The position numbers and the translations under genes are program-made. Below are positions 24,275 through 33,451 of a DNA stretch of 40,940 nucleotides, one piece after another (positions within the stretch are counted from its first letter, which is position 1; each line of letters starts with the position of its first letter). The stretch is from Nanobdellota archaeon (lineage in GTDB: Archaea > Nanobdellota > Nanobdellia > SCGC-AAA011-G17 > GW2011-AR17), in the NCBI GenBank assembly GCA_030018575.1, contig JASEIA010000002.1, forward strand, positions 1 to 40,940, written 5' to 3'. The notes under the pieces were generated by a model. The model made no database searches. It worked only from the letters and a program-made list of their open reading frames with translations, and had not been told where the DNA came from.

Positions 24275-25555
24275 TCAAGACCCTAAAAGCCATTTCCATA
24301 ACGGAACATAAATAATGCCCCTCTCGTCTGTCTTCTCTGTGTCCTTTGTTATAACAATAAGCTTTGCACTTCCATGCATCTCGCTGAACTCCAGCAGGGC
24401 TTCTGTTTCCCTTTTAGGCACGCTGTCAGTGTATGACACGTTTATTGCTGTCAGCCTATCCTGTGCTTTCACTATAAAATCAACCTCTTTCTTGTTTTTC
24501 CAGAAGTAAACATCCTCGCCTCTCCTTTTCAGCTCAACCAGCACTGCATTTTCAGCAAGCTTTCCCCAGTCATCCGAGAACTTGAACGCGACCGCATTTC
24601 TTATGCCTGTATCTATTGAATAGCACTTCATGTCTTTTTTTGCCTGAACCTTCAGCTTCCATGAAAAGTAAGGCACGACAAACAGTGCAAATACTTCGGT
24701 AAAGTAAGGCACATATTTTTTTATGGTGTCATAATGAATGTTTAATGCTGACGCTATGCTGTTGTAAGAAAAGGGGCTGCCTATGTTGGATATTAGGTAA
24801 AATCCTATTTTTTTTACTATATCCAAATCTGCATTAAATCTTGCAGCAATATCCCTTGCTAATATGTCGTTATACAAATCAACCAATATTGATTTTGCTA
24901 TCAAATCATCCTTGCCTAGTGTTTCCGGGAACCCCCCGTTTTTCAGGTAAAGCTCAATAAAGTGCAATGTTCTATCCCTTTCGGATGCGTGTTCCGGATG
25001 CTCCACATTGCTGTATTTTAAGAACTCCCTGAATGAAAAGGGGGTTATAACGTGGGTTATATGCCTGCCTGTCAGTGTTTTGCCAACATCCCTTGAAATC
25101 AAAGAAGCAGAAGAGCCTGAAACAAATATCTGCTGGAACCTATTTGTGTCATAATAAACCCTTGCTGTTTTCTCCCATTCTTTTATGTTCTGTATCTCGT
25201 CAAGGAATATATATGCAATGTCCGGCTTTAATTGCAGGGCTGTTTTTATTGCCTCTTCCATGCTGTTTAATGCCGGGTCATCAAAATTAAGGTATAATAT
25301 GTTTTCTGCTTTAGCTCCTTTTTCCAGAAGGCTGTTTATTGCCTGGTACATCAAGACTGTTTTTCCGCATCTTCTTACTCCTATAATGTCTTTTATATGC
25401 CTCGCTTCCATTGTGCGAACAAGTATTGGCAACGCTTCCCTCGCAATGCCAGTAAGCTTGCCTATATTTGCCGGGTTCTCCCACCATGGATTCCACTTTT
25501 GTATGGCATTTTTCATAGCTATTGAATGGGGCTTGCTATTTATAAATGTTTCCAT
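24275..25555 (-). CDS. AAA ATPase with a DUF4143 C-terminal domain
   Basis: Walker A GVRRCGKTVLM and Walker B IFLDEIQNI. The C-terminal region YSIDTGIRNAV...YFWKNKKEVDFIV is typical of the DUF4143 family. Alternative start at 25516. Confidence 0.8.
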   Translation of the reverse strand: METFINSKPHSIAMKNAIQKWNPWWENPANIGKLTGIAREALPILVRTMEARHIKDIIGVRRCGKTVLMYQAINSLLEKGAKAENILYLNFDDPALNSMEEAIKTALQLKPDIAYIFLDEIQNIKEWEKTARVYYDTNRFQQIFVSGSSASLISRDVGKTLTGRHITHVITPFSFREFLKYSNVEHPEHASERDRTLHFIELYLKNGGFPETLGKDDLIAKSILVDLYNDILARDIAARFNADLDIVKKIGFYLISNIGSPFSYNSIASALNIHYDTIKKYVPYFTEVFALFVVPYFSWKLKVQAKKDMKCYSIDTGIRNAVAFKFSDDWGKLAENAVLVELKRRGEDVYFWKNKKEVDFIVKAQDRLTAINVSYTDSVPKRETEALLEFSEMHGSAKLIVITKDTEKTDERGIIYVPLWKWLLGS

Positions 25556-25862
25556 GCCTGTGTAGGATAAATGCTATTTTGTTTACATTGGCGTGTAACC
25601 ATTTATAAACAGAATCTGCTTCCCATATACTCCAGCTCAGACTGGCTGCACTTGTCCTCGATTGTTTCCGCCTGCTGCTTTTTAGGCACATCAGAAGCAG
25701 TGCATCCATCAATTAGGTGTCCGATGCCTGCTAACGCGAGAAGCGGAGCGGCAAGTATTGCTATTGTTCCCAGGCAGCCTTAAGCTTCTCTCATTCCATT
25801 TGGAACCTCGCTTCCGCCATAAGGTTTAAATACTTGAACATTATGTATAATTAATTGAACAA

Positions 25863-26402
25863 ATGGTACAACTAATTGAACTAATAAACAACAGGAAGCA
25901 GGCGGGCGTATTGGTCTTTTTCCTTAGGCATTCAACGATGAAGATACAGCAGCAGGATATTAAGAAAGAAGTTAAAATTGCAAAGGCAACGCTGATTAAA
26001 TGGCTGAACATGCTTGCTAAGAATGGCATGATAAGCTTTGCTGAATATGGGCGCACGAAAGTATACTCACTAAACAGGGAAAATGCAGCCATAAAGCGCC
26101 TCAAAATGCTTGATAACCTCCTTCTTCTTTCAGGCATTAAGGCTATTGCAGGCAAGCATAACGCAATTGCATACCTGTTCGGCAGCACCGCAAGAGGAGA
26201 GGATGCTGAAGACAGCGATATTGATATCCTGCTTATTGGAAAAGTTAACAGGGAAGACATTATCAGGGGCATAAATAAGATTTCAGGGGAAATCAAAAGA
26301 AATATAAACCTCCAGATATTCTCGCCGCTGGAATGGCTGCAGATGGCTAAGAAGGATGCGGCATTCTATGAAAGAGTTGAAAAAGACAAGGTGGAATTGT
26401 AA
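25863..26402 (+). CDS. wHTH-fused minimal nucleotidyltransferase (MNT-type)
   Basis: NTase motif LFGSTARGEDAEDSDIDILLIG with an N-terminal wHTH-like region. The partner ORF starts at the next nucleotide. Confidence 0.85.
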   Translation: MVQLIELINNRKQAGVLVFFLRHSTMKIQQQDIKKEVKIAKATLIKWLNMLAKNGMISFAEYGRTKVYSLNRENAAIKRLKMLDNLLLLSGIKAIAGKHNAIAYLFGSTARGEDAEDSDIDILLIGKVNREDIIRGINKISGEIKRNINLQIFSPLEWLQMAKKDAAFYERVEKDKVEL

Positions 26403-26824
26403 ATGAACATAAGGGAATGCATTGAAAAGAGGTTTTTGGCAAAAATCAAGCCGGCTTCTGACCTGGTAAGGAAAGAGCTTGACGAAGCTGATTATGATTA
26501 TGAAAAAGCGGAAAAGGCGTTTTCTGATGATGACTGGAAATGGGCGATAGTGAAGTCATATTACTGCATGTTCCATGCGTCAAGGGCTGTTTTATTCAAG
26601 CTTGGATTGAAGGAAACAAGGCATTTTGCATTTGGTGTTGTTTTGGAGGACTTGTCAAAAAAGGAAAGCCGGAAGCGAAGTATGTGAATTATTTTGCTGC
26701 CGCGGTGTCTTCTAGGGAAGATGCGGATTACCATTATTCTTACTCAAAGGACACTGCAGAGCATACTCTTGAGATTGCAGAGGAATTCATTGAGCGGATG
26801 AAAGAGATGCTTGAAAAGCTGTGA
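26403..26824 (+). pseudogene. HEPN domain gene split by a frameshift
   Basis: ORF 26403..26687 carries the N-terminal half (WAIVKSYYCMFHASRAVLFKLGLKETRHFA). ORF 26540..26824, in another frame, carries the C-terminal half (LVKKGKPEAKYVNYFAAAVSSREDADYH, an Rx5H HEPN motif). The frames must be joined around 26640-26665, where T4 and A6 runs lie. Confidence 0.75.
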
Positions 26825-26901
26825 GTGGAAGCAGTCAAAGCCTTAATGCTCAATCATAAGCAACAAAAGAACTCACGCCGGAGGCTGGCCTTTATTGCTT
26901 T

Positions 26902-27984
26902 CTACAGCTCAAGCTCTTCTGGAAAAGAAGTCAGGTTCTCGCATCCATTGGGCAAAACATGCACAATGTCCTCAAGCCTTACTCCGCCAATGCCTAGGTA
27001 ATACAAGCCGGGCTCAACAGCAATCACATTGCCTGCCTTAAGCACTTCATTTCCGCGCGGGGATTCATGAATATCCAAGCCAACACCGTGCCCCAGGCTG
27101 TGAATGAATCCCTGATCAACACCCTCTTTTATGCCTGTCTTAAAACCTGAATCTTCAAATGCCTGCTTGCATTCAGAATAAAGATGGTAAAACTTAATTT
27201 CCGGCTTCATGTTCATCCACGAATATTGCTTCATTCTTTTTACAATCTGATACATGCCCTTGAGTGTATCAGAAGCCTTTCCTTTCACAAACGTTCTGGT
27301 CATGTCTGCATAATACCTGCTTTTTGCAGAGCAGGGAAATATGTCAATAATAATGCTTTCATTTGCTTTCAAAGCGCCTTTTCCTGTATTATGCACGTCA
27401 AGGCACGAATCACCGCATACGACAATGGGATCCTGCTCTGAAATGCACCCGTGCCTTGCAAGCTCAAGCATTATTTCCCTTTTCACCCATTCAGAAGTAA
27501 GAGCCATTGACTTGTAATACAGCACATTTTCATGCCCAATAAGAGAATGCGAAATCATATCCTTTGCAACATTCATCGCGCTTTCAGCAACCCTTTGCAC
27601 CGCCTTTATCTTAGCCAATTCATCAGGCGATTTGCATTCGCGCCCTAATTCAGGCTCCTTTATATTGACAAAAGAATGCAACTTCAATTTCTTTCCCATC
27701 TTAATCGGAAAATCAGGCGGAACCTCAATATTATTAATATGGTTCACCCTGACGTATTTCAGCAGTGCATCCTCAAGAGGGCCTCTTTTTCCAAGGATTT
27801 CCTCAACAGAATAAACAGAATCAGCTTTAGACTCTTTCAAAGCCCGCCCTTTTTCCATCGTGGATGTGATTATTACTTTGCTTCCCTTGCTCTCAAGATA
27901 GGCAAAATTATCAAAGCAAAGAAATCCAGAAGCATAATACAAGTCAGAATTTGAAGAAGTGCCGTATAAAACCATCGCTGCCAT
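26902..27984 (-). CDS. M24-family Xaa-Pro peptidase
   Basis: Metal-ligand motifs in order: IIDIF, YYADMTRTF, HSLGHGVGLDIHE, VEPGLY, GGVRLED. Confidence 0.85.
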   Translation of the reverse strand: MAAMVLYGTSSNSDLYYASGFLCFDNFAYLESKGSKVIITSTMEKGRALKESKADSVYSVEEILGKRGPLEDALLKYVRVNHINNIEVPPDFPIKMGKKLKLHSFVNIKEPELGRECKSPDELAKIKAVQRVAESAMNVAKDMISHSLIGHENVLYYKSMALTSEWVKREIMLELARHGCISEQDPIVVCGDSCLDVHNTGKGALKANESIIIDIFPCSAKSRYYADMTRTFVKGKASDTLKGMYQIVKRMKQYSWMNMKPEIKFYHLYSECKQAFEDSGFKTGIKEGVDQGFIHSLGHGVGLDIHESPRGNEVLKAGNVIAVEPGLYYLGIGGVRLEDIVHVLPNGCENLTSFPEELEL

Positions 27985-27986
27985 TT

Positions 27987-28184
27987 TTAATTCTTCTTGA
28001 ACTTTCCTACATCGTCAATCAAATCAATGTGCCCCAGGAACTGCGTCCTGCAGCAGTACCTTTTCAGCCCTAAGTCATCCATTACTTTCTTCCTGTCTTC
28101 GCCCTTTGCAACCCTTGCATTGTACTCTTCCCAAAGGTGCCCTATCGGCTTTCCGCAGCTGAAACATCTTATTGGTATCATCAT
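27987..28184 (-). CDS. rpoN: DNA-directed RNA polymerase subunit N (Rpo10)
   Basis: MIPIRCFSCGKPIG...RYCCR is the canonical Rpo10 zinc motif. Confidence 0.9.
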   Translation of the reverse strand: MMIPIRCFSCGKPIGHLWEEYNARVAKGEDRKKVMDDLGLKRYCCRTQFLGHIDLIDDVGKFKKN

Positions 28185-28191
28185 TTTGTTT

Positions 28192-28593
28192 TCACCTGTA
28201 TGACTTCTGCCTTGCGGCCCTTGCTTTTGAATCGTTCGGCTTGTGCGGCTCGTTCCTTCTCACATCCGCAATAAGCATGTGCCTGTCATAGCTTAAAAAC
28301 TCTTTCTTTAGGGTTTTGCTTCCTGTGTATGCAACAAGCCCTTTTGCCAAAGCTAATCGTGCAGCTTCTGCCTGCGACATTGAACCGCCGCCCTTGATAA
28401 CTATGTCAGCGTTAATCTTTTTTGAAATTTCTTCTGCAAGCATCAGCGGCTCTGATATCTTAAGCTTTAGGATTTCAGGCTCAACAGTGTCAAGAAGCCT
28501 TGAGTTTATCCTGATTATTCCTGTTCCTTCATAGATTGTTGCCCTTGCAACAGCCTTTTTCCGTTTTCCTGTTGTATGCGCTTTCTTGTTCAT
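28192..28593 (-). CDS. rps9: 30S ribosomal protein S9 (uS9)
   Basis: GKRKKAVARA near the N-terminus and a C-terminal ARQKSYR. Position after L13. Confidence 0.9.
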   Translation of the reverse strand: MNKKAHTTGKRKKAVARATIYEGTGIIRINSRLLDTVEPEILKLKISEPLMLAEEISKKINADIVIKGGGSMSQAEAARLALAKGLVAYTGSKTLKKEFLSYDRHMLIADVRRNEPHKPNDSKARAARQKSYR

Positions 28594-29003
28594 CTCGCAC
28601 CTAAACCGAATGATAATTCCTGAACCGTTATATATTTTGTGGTTTCAAGCTTTTCAACGCCTGATTTCTCAAGCTTCTCTGTTTTCTTGCCTTCAAATTC
28701 TTTTGGAGTGCCGATGTAGCACTTTATTCTTGCCATTGCCTCGATTCCCTTTGCCTGCTTGTGCGGAACCATTCCCCTTATCACGTGCTTGAGCAAAAGA
28801 TTTGGCTTTCTTGATATGAACGGGCCGTGAAACGGGCCTCCCCTGTCCCTCTGGCGGTGGTATTTTGCAACAATGTCTTTCCTGGCGCCTGTCACGATTG
28901 CTTTTTCGCAGTTGATTATGTCTACTTTTTCTCCAATCAGCGCTTTTTTTGCTGCAAATGCAGCCAGCCTTCCCATTATTAAATTCGTTGCGTCAATTAT
29001 CAT
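28590..29003 (-). CDS. rpl13: 50S ribosomal protein L13 (uL13)
   Basis: MIIDATNLIMGRLAAFAAKKAL is the typical uL13 start. ATGA overlap with the L18e stop (29000-29003). The longer track ORF is rejected. Confidence 0.9.
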   Translation of the reverse strand: MIIDATNLIMGRLAAFAAKKALIGEKVDIINCEKAIVTGARKDIVAKYHRQRDRGGPFHGPFISRKPNLLLKHVIRGMVPHKQAKGIEAMARIKCYIGTPKEFEGKKTEKLEKSGVEKLETTKYITVQELSFGLGAR

Positions 29004-29362
29004 CCTACTATCCTCACTTTGCTTCCTTTCGGGTTTGCCTTCATAAGCTCTTGTATTGAAAGCGCTTTTCCTTTCCTGTTGATTTTTTCCTTTGCCTTGC
29101 CTGAAAACTTCCATGCAGCTACTGTAACTTTCTTTGTAAGCTCGCCTGCTGAAAGAACCTTTCCCGGGACAAGCACTGTTGAATTCTCATCAGAGGCGAG
29201 ATCTATCTTGCCGATATTCGCTTCCCTTCTCTTCCTTGCCGGCCTTGCAAGCTCATCTGCAACTAATCTCCAGATTAATGCATTCTGCTTCCTGCCAAGC
29301 TCTTTAAGCTCTGTGATAAGCTTCTGCGTTTGTATGTTTGTAGGCCCTGTTCTCTTTGCCAT
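29000..29362 (-). CDS. rpl18e: 50S ribosomal protein L18e (eL18)
   Basis: MAKRTGPTNIQTQKLITELK...LIWRLVADELARPARKRREANIGKI matches eL18. Confidence 0.9.
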   Translation of the reverse strand: MAKRTGPTNIQTQKLITELKELGRKQNALIWRLVADELARPARKRREANIGKIDLASDENSTVLVPGKVLSAGELTKKVTVAAWKFSGKAKEKINRKGKALSIQELMKANPKGSKVRIVG

Positions 29363-29363
29363 T

Positions 29364-29654
29364 TTACAAGTATCTCCTCAATAAGCCCATGCCTTTTTCA
29401 GTGAGCATGTATGCCTTTTTTTCATTGCTGTTTTCAACATCAAATGTCCACAGGTATTCGTTTGCCTTCAGGAATTCAACTATAAGTTCCCCATTATCAG
29501 TTTTCATAAACTTGTTTACCCTATCAGCAAGCTCGCTGTGAAAAGTAAGCTTTCTTTCTCCAAAAAGCCTCATCAGAGCGAGCATTTTTGCTATGTCACT
29601 CGGTTTATACCCCTTTTCTATTATTTCTTTTTCCAGATTTGTTCTTGTTTCCAT
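29364..29654 (-). CDS. Small winged-helix-like protein of unknown function
   Basis: Start taken at METRTNLEKE, because the upstream part of the track ORF is tRNA sequence. The C-terminal KKAYMLTEKGMGLL resembles a wHTH wing. Confidence 0.5.
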   Translation of the reverse strand: METRTNLEKEIIEKGYKPSDIAKMLALMRLFGERKLTFHSELADRVNKFMKTDNGELIVEFLKANEYLWTFDVENSNEKKAYMLTEKGMGLLRRYL

Positions 29655-29675
29655 TTTCTTCTCCGTGACTATTAC

Positions 29676-29761
29676 TGCAGGGGAAGGGATTCGAACCCTC
29701 GCACCCACTAAGGGACTAGACCCTCAATCTAGCGCATTTGACCAGGCTCTGCCACCCCTGC
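29676..29761 (-). tRNA. tRNA-Leu (anticodon GAG)
   Basis: The reverse strand folds as GCAGGGG-TG-GCA..TGC-G-CTAGA-TTGAGGG-TCTAG, then a long variable arm, then GAGGG-TTCGAAT-CCCTT-CCCCTGC-A. Confidence 0.9.
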
Positions 29762-29810
29762 ATCTGGGGCTCTGCCCCCATTATCTAAATGCGCTCTTAT
29801 GACTATCTGT

Positions 29811-30593
29811 CTACTTTATATTCTTTATCTCTTCCTCAAGCGCGTCAAGCTCTTCGTCAAACAGCTCCATTGCTGTCAGCAATATCTGCTTTGCGCTGAG
29901 CTGTCCCCAGCTCTCCAAAGTGACTATGAAATCTTCCTTGCTTCCTGAAACCTGTATTGCCTCGGGGCACGCGTCAACGCAAGCCATGCACAAGTCGCAT
30001 TTTGCCTCGTCAGTTACCTTGAGCTTCTTGCCGTCAAGCTTCAGTATTTTCTTGGGGCAGACATCAACGCTTTCCTTTGCGTCCTTGCTTTCCTTTATCT
30101 TGAATATTGGGTATCCCTGGAAAAAAACAATTCCCGGGCTGAATTTTATGTGGTCTTTTCCCTCGCCAAGCTGCGCAGCCATCTCAAGCTTGAGCGTTTG
30201 CCCTTCAAACAGCTTTACAATGGGCATCTTTGGATAAACCGGGGTTATTTCAGGATCCTTTGATTTTATGTTTTCAGCATAAACAATGCAGGGCCCTGCC
30301 TTGTTGATTGTCATCTTAACCTGGCACCTTGCGCATCCTGCGCCCTTGCACTTGCATTTTGAAGGTAAATTATATGACTTTAAATCAGTATGCAGGGGCA
30401 ATAAGCCAAGCCTGTGCGAAAGAATCTCATCATAAAGCGCAGAGCCGTTTTCTGCAAATGTAACTTCCTCTATTGCCATTGCAGGCACCTTGTTGATAAC
30501 AAGCCTTCTTAGCGTGTTTACATATGCAGGAGAAACCCCTGGCAGCACAAAACTGGCATTTTGCTTGTCTGAGTGGATAATTTCAAGTTTCAT
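29811..30593 (-). CDS. rpoD: DNA-directed RNA polymerase subunit D (Rpo3) with a ferredoxin-like Cys cluster
   Basis: MKLEII...[23 protein letters not shown] is the Rpo3 N-terminus. Cys motifs CPKKIL and [16 protein letters not shown] overlap with the S11 stop. Confidence 0.9.
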   Translation of the reverse strand: MKLEIIHSDKQNASFVLPGVSPAYVNTLRRLVINKVPAMAIEEVTFAENGSALYDEILSHRLGLLPLHTDLKSYNLPSKCKCKGAGCARCQVKMTINKAGPCIVYAENIKSKDPEITPVYPKMPIVKLFEGQTLKLEMAAQLGEGKDHIKFSPGIVFFQGYPIFKIKESKDAKESVDVCPKKILKLDGKKLKVTDEAKCDLCMACVDACPEAIQVSGSKEDFIVTLESWGQLSAKQILLTAMELFDEELDALEEEIKNIK

Positions 30594-30997
30594 ACTCTTC
30601 TTCCTCTTTTGCCGCCCTTTTTCCTGCACCTGTCGTGCGGGACAGCTGTTATGTCCTCAATATCGCCTATCCTTAGCCCTGCCCTTGAAAGCGCCCTGAT
30701 TGCAGCCTGCGCCCCTGGTCCTGTGTTGTTTGGGCCGTTGTGCCCGCCAGGCGCCCTTACTTTAATGTGAATTGCGTTTATGCCCTTTTCCCTTGCCCCC
30801 TCTGCAACCAGCTTTGCAGCTGCCATTGCCGCTGAAGGCGAGGATTCCATTCTGTGGGCTTTTACAACCATTCCGCCCGAGACTTTTGCAATTGTTTCAG
30901 AGCCTGTTATATCAGTAACATGGATTATTGTATTATTATAAGAGGAATAAATGTGCGCTATTCCCCATCTTAATTTTTCATTCTTCTGCGGAAACAT
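30590..30997 (-). CDS. rps11: 30S ribosomal protein S11 (uS11)
   Basis: [22 protein letters not shown] is the uS11 signature region. Confidence 0.9.
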   Translation of the reverse strand: MFPQKNEKLRWGIAHIYSSYNNTIIHVTDITGSETIAKVSGGMVVKAHRMESSPSAAMAAAKLVAEGAREKGINAIHIKVRAPGGHNGPNNTGPGAQAAIRALSRAGLRIGDIEDITAVPHDRCRKKGGKRGRRV

Positions 30998-31577
30998 CTT
31001 CTTTCTCCTTTGCTTCTTCTTTTTTCTCTGCCTTTATCTCTGCTTTTTGCTCTCCCTTCTTCAACGCAACCTTTCTTTCAGGATGCTCTGCGTCTGCAAG
31101 CCCTGAAGTCGGCCTGAATGTGATCATTGCCTCCTGCCCCGCAAGCAGTATGTATGAAGGGGATGTTAATTTCCTGCTGTTAAGCATGACGTGCCCGTGG
31201 GTGATGAACTGCCTTGCCTGCTTCATGCTTTTTGCAAAGCCTCTCCTGAAAACATGAGTCTGAAGCCTTCTTTCAAGTATGTCCTTTACTCCCAAGTCAA
31301 GTACATTCTCAAGCTTTGTGCCTTCTGCCATGAGCCCGAGCTTCTCAAGCCTTTTCCTGAATAACTGCTCTTCTTTCTCAGCCTGCTTTCCTGTCTTTGT
31401 GATAAGCTGCTTTGCCTGGGCTTTTATTCTCTTGAGCTTTGAGCTCATCTTCCATATCTCTGTCTTGTTTTTTAGCCCGTAATCTTCCTGAAGCTTGTTC
31501 TCTTCGTTAATCCTCTCTGCCTTCCACGGATGCATGGGCGGGGAGTACTTTTTCCTCTGCTTTCTGGGGTCTCCCAT
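30978..31577 (-). CDS. rps4: 30S ribosomal protein S4 (uS4) with a Lys/Glu-rich C-terminal extension
   Basis: [18 protein letters not shown] start and an S4 domain. The tail [27 protein letters not shown] overlaps the S11 start by 20 nt. Confidence 0.9.
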   Translation of the reverse strand: MGDPRKQRKKYSPPMHPWKAERINEENKLQEDYGLKNKTEIWKMSSKLKRIKAQAKQLITKTGKQAEKEEQLFRKRLEKLGLMAEGTKLENVLDLGVKDILERRLQTHVFRRGFAKSMKQARQFITHGHVMLNSRKLTSPSYILLAGQEAMITFRPTSGLADAEHPERKVALKKGEQKAEIKAEKKEEAKEKEDVSAEE

Positions 31578-31578
31578 C

Positions 31579-32064
31579 TTACTTTTTCGCCCCGCCTGCT
31601 GCCGGCACTATTTTCTTCTTGACTACGCCGAGTGATTTTCCGTGCCTGAAGTGCGCCTTTGTGCTCTGCCCCCTTACAGGCTGGCCTGCAGCGTGCCTCA
31701 TTCCCTTGAATGACCTTATTTTCTTCATTATCTTGATGTCATTTCCCACATAGAATGCGAGGTCTGCGCCGTGAAGGTGCATGTCATTTCCTGTCTCGTA
31801 ATCCTTTCTCCTGTTTATCATCCATACAGGGATATTGTGCTTGAGCGGGTCCTTGACAGCATTCTGGATTTTTTCAAGCTCTGCGTCGCTTAATGCGCCA
31901 ATCTTCGCGCTCTCGTCAATATTGAGAACATAGCATATTGCGTGAGCCATTGCAAAACCAACGCCTCTTATGTCTGCAAGAGCCATTAGGACTTTTCTTG
32001 TTCCGGGGATGGTTTGGTCTATAAGCCTTACCATCTGCCTTATGTTTTCGGTTTGTGTTACCAT
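31579..32064 (-). CDS. rps13: 30S ribosomal protein S13 (uS13)
   Basis: KVLMALADIRGVGFAMAHAIC is the uS13 motif. It sits at the head of the S13-S4-S11-rpoD cluster. Confidence 0.9.
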   Translation of the reverse strand: MVTQTENIRQMVRLIDQTIPGTRKVLMALADIRGVGFAMAHAICYVLNIDESAKIGALSDAELEKIQNAVKDPLKHNIPVWMINRRKDYETGNDMHLHGADLAFYVGNDIKIMKKIRSFKGMRHAAGQPVRGQSTKAHFRHGKSLGVVKKKIVPAAGGAKK

Positions 32065-32162
32065 AATTCTTCACGTGTTTTGGAACGACAGTCAGCAACA
32101 GCTCGTGCCATCCCTTTGATTTCTTTTCTGTTAACTAAGCCTATTTAAATAGTTTTCCTTTT

Positions 32163-32717
32163 TTAGCGGACAAACAGCTTGTGCTTGTCTTCGTTGTTTA
32201 TCTCGCTGATTATCCTTTTTACGACTGCTTTCTCAGGGTCAGGCAGCAGTTTTATCCTTGCCCTCATGTCCTCAAAGCTCTCAAACGGCTTGTCCTGCCT
32301 TTTTTCAACGATTTCCCACATGTGCTTTTTGCCTATCCCGGGCAGAAGCTCCATCTGGTGCATTCTTGTTGTTATTGCCCCTGCCTTGTTGAAAAATTCA
32401 ATATACTTTGCCTTGTCCTTTGCAACAAGCTCTTTTACAGCCTCCACAAGCGCGTGCTTTGCAGTCTCTGTAAGCTTTTCCGGAAGCAGCTTTCCTGAAA
32501 CATGGTGTATCTCGTCCCTCTTTCCTTCGCCAATGTACACGACATGCATTGACTGCAGCGCAGCCTCTTTCTTGGGGATTAATTCAAGCAGCGAGAAATG
32601 CGAAGTGCCGAGAGCCTGGACTATTGCAGTCTTCCTGAACATCGGCCTGTTGTCAAACGGATAGCCGTTCGGCAGGAAGTCCAGTATAATTGCCTGCTCC
32701 TCTTTGCTCTCTTCCAT
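32163..32717 (-). CDS. DUF655/COG1491-type OB-fold + helix-hairpin-helix nucleic-acid-binding protein
   Basis: EEQAIILDFLPNGYP start and a C-terminal LELLPGIGKKHMWEIV (HhH). It holds the conserved archaeal position after rpoF. Confidence 0.75.
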   Translation of the reverse strand: MEESKEEQAIILDFLPNGYPFDNRPMFRKTAIVQALGTSHFSLLELIPKKEAALQSMHVVYIGEGKRDEIHHVSGKLLPEKLTETAKHALVEAVKELVAKDKAKYIEFFNKAGAITTRMHQMELLPGIGKKHMWEIVEKRQDKPFESFEDMRARIKLLPDPEKAVVKRIISEINNEDKHKLFVR

Positions 32718-32722
32718 TTTAA

Positions 32723-33058
32723 TCAGTCCTGGAGCGCCTCTAGAAGTTTCTGGTAATCCTCTTCCTTAAGCGTCAAAGCCTCGCCAGAAAGCATGCACTT
32801 TATGCTGTCCATATCCTTTGGCGCAATGTCAATGAGCTTTGCTATGTGCCTGTCCTTGAGCCTCAGTATGTTAAGCTCCCCTATCTTCTTTTTCAAGGCA
32901 GATATTCCTTTTTCCTTTATGCTGAAGTTGTTCAGGAATTCCTTTGTCTTGTTTGCCCTGAAAGCCAGTTCCTTGTCCCTTTTCTCAATCTTTGCAAGCT
33001 TTTCCTTCAGCTCCGCCATTGTAAGCGGAACCTCGCTGATTGCTTTTATGTCAGTCAT
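32723..33058 (-). CDS. rpoF: DNA-directed RNA polymerase subunit F (Rpo4)
   Basis: Its size, helical Rpb4-like sequence and conserved L21e-rpoF-DUF655 gene order support the call. 4-nt overlap with L21e. Confidence 0.7.
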   Translation of the reverse strand: MTDIKAISEVPLTMAELKEKLAKIEKRDKELAFRANKTKEFLNNFSIKEKGISALKKKIGELNILRLKDRHIAKLIDIAPKDMDSIKCMLSGEALTLKEEDYQKLLEALQD

Positions 33059-33390
33059 TTTTTCACCTTGGCTTTTTCTGCCTTTACTGTTCTATCTGCC
33101 TTAATTTTCAGCAAATGAACCGGGTGCGCAATTATCATTTTTTCCATGCTTCCGTCTTTTATCAGGACTTTTACGCATTCGCCCTGCTTTCCTATTACGA
33201 CTCCGCTCTTGCCCTGGAACCTGGGGTAGGGCATTCCTCCGTGCACAGACGGCTCAGGCTTCAGGACCACGCTTTCGCCTTCCTCAAACTTGTTGAAGAA
33301 CCTGCTGATGGCTACCTTTCCCTTCTCGCCTTCAGGCTTCTTGAGCTTGCTCCTTGTCTTTCTCCTGAAACCGCCTATTCTTTGAACCAT
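33055..33390 (-). CDS. rpl21e: 50S ribosomal protein L21e (eL21)
   Basis: GGFRRKTRSKL...GESVVLKPEPSVHGGMPYPRFQGKSGVV is typical of eL21. Confidence 0.9.
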   Translation of the reverse strand: MVQRIGGFRRKTRSKLKKPEGEKGKVAISRFFNKFEEGESVVLKPEPSVHGGMPYPRFQGKSGVVIGKQGECVKVLIKDGSMEKMIIAHPVHLLKIKADRTVKAEKAKVKK

Positions 33391-33451
33391 AGTAATGTCT
33401 CCTAAAACCTATCCTATCGAGGAAAAGAGAAACCAAGTGTGTTTATAAACC

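Noticed and set aside
25571-25783. The 70-aa plus-strand ORF, and a startless minus-strand signal-peptide-like frame (..ILAAPLLALAGIGHLIDGC..), in the ATPase/MNT intergenic region
   Set aside because: No credible start, promoter spacing or family motif was found. The region is probably non-coding or a decayed fragment.
24266-26837. The 14-nt exact direct repeat gtggaagcagtcaa at 24266-24279 and 26824-26837 brackets the DUF4143 ATPase plus the MNT/HEPN pair
   Set aside because: The placement at module boundaries is tempting. However, a back-of-envelope estimate gives on the order of one to a few chance 14-mer matches in a 41-kb window, and similarity beyond the 14-mer is patchy (16 of 19). 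That is not enough to call an att site.
28590-29114. Longer N-terminal extensions of L13 (to 29114), rpoD (to 30629), the Toprim protein (to 1435), PAC2 (to 7365) and others offered by the ORF track
   Set aside because: The extensions overlap upstream genes, lack family similarity, and ignore internal ATGs. Those internal ATGs give canonical N-termini, ATGA coupling or correct TATA spacing.
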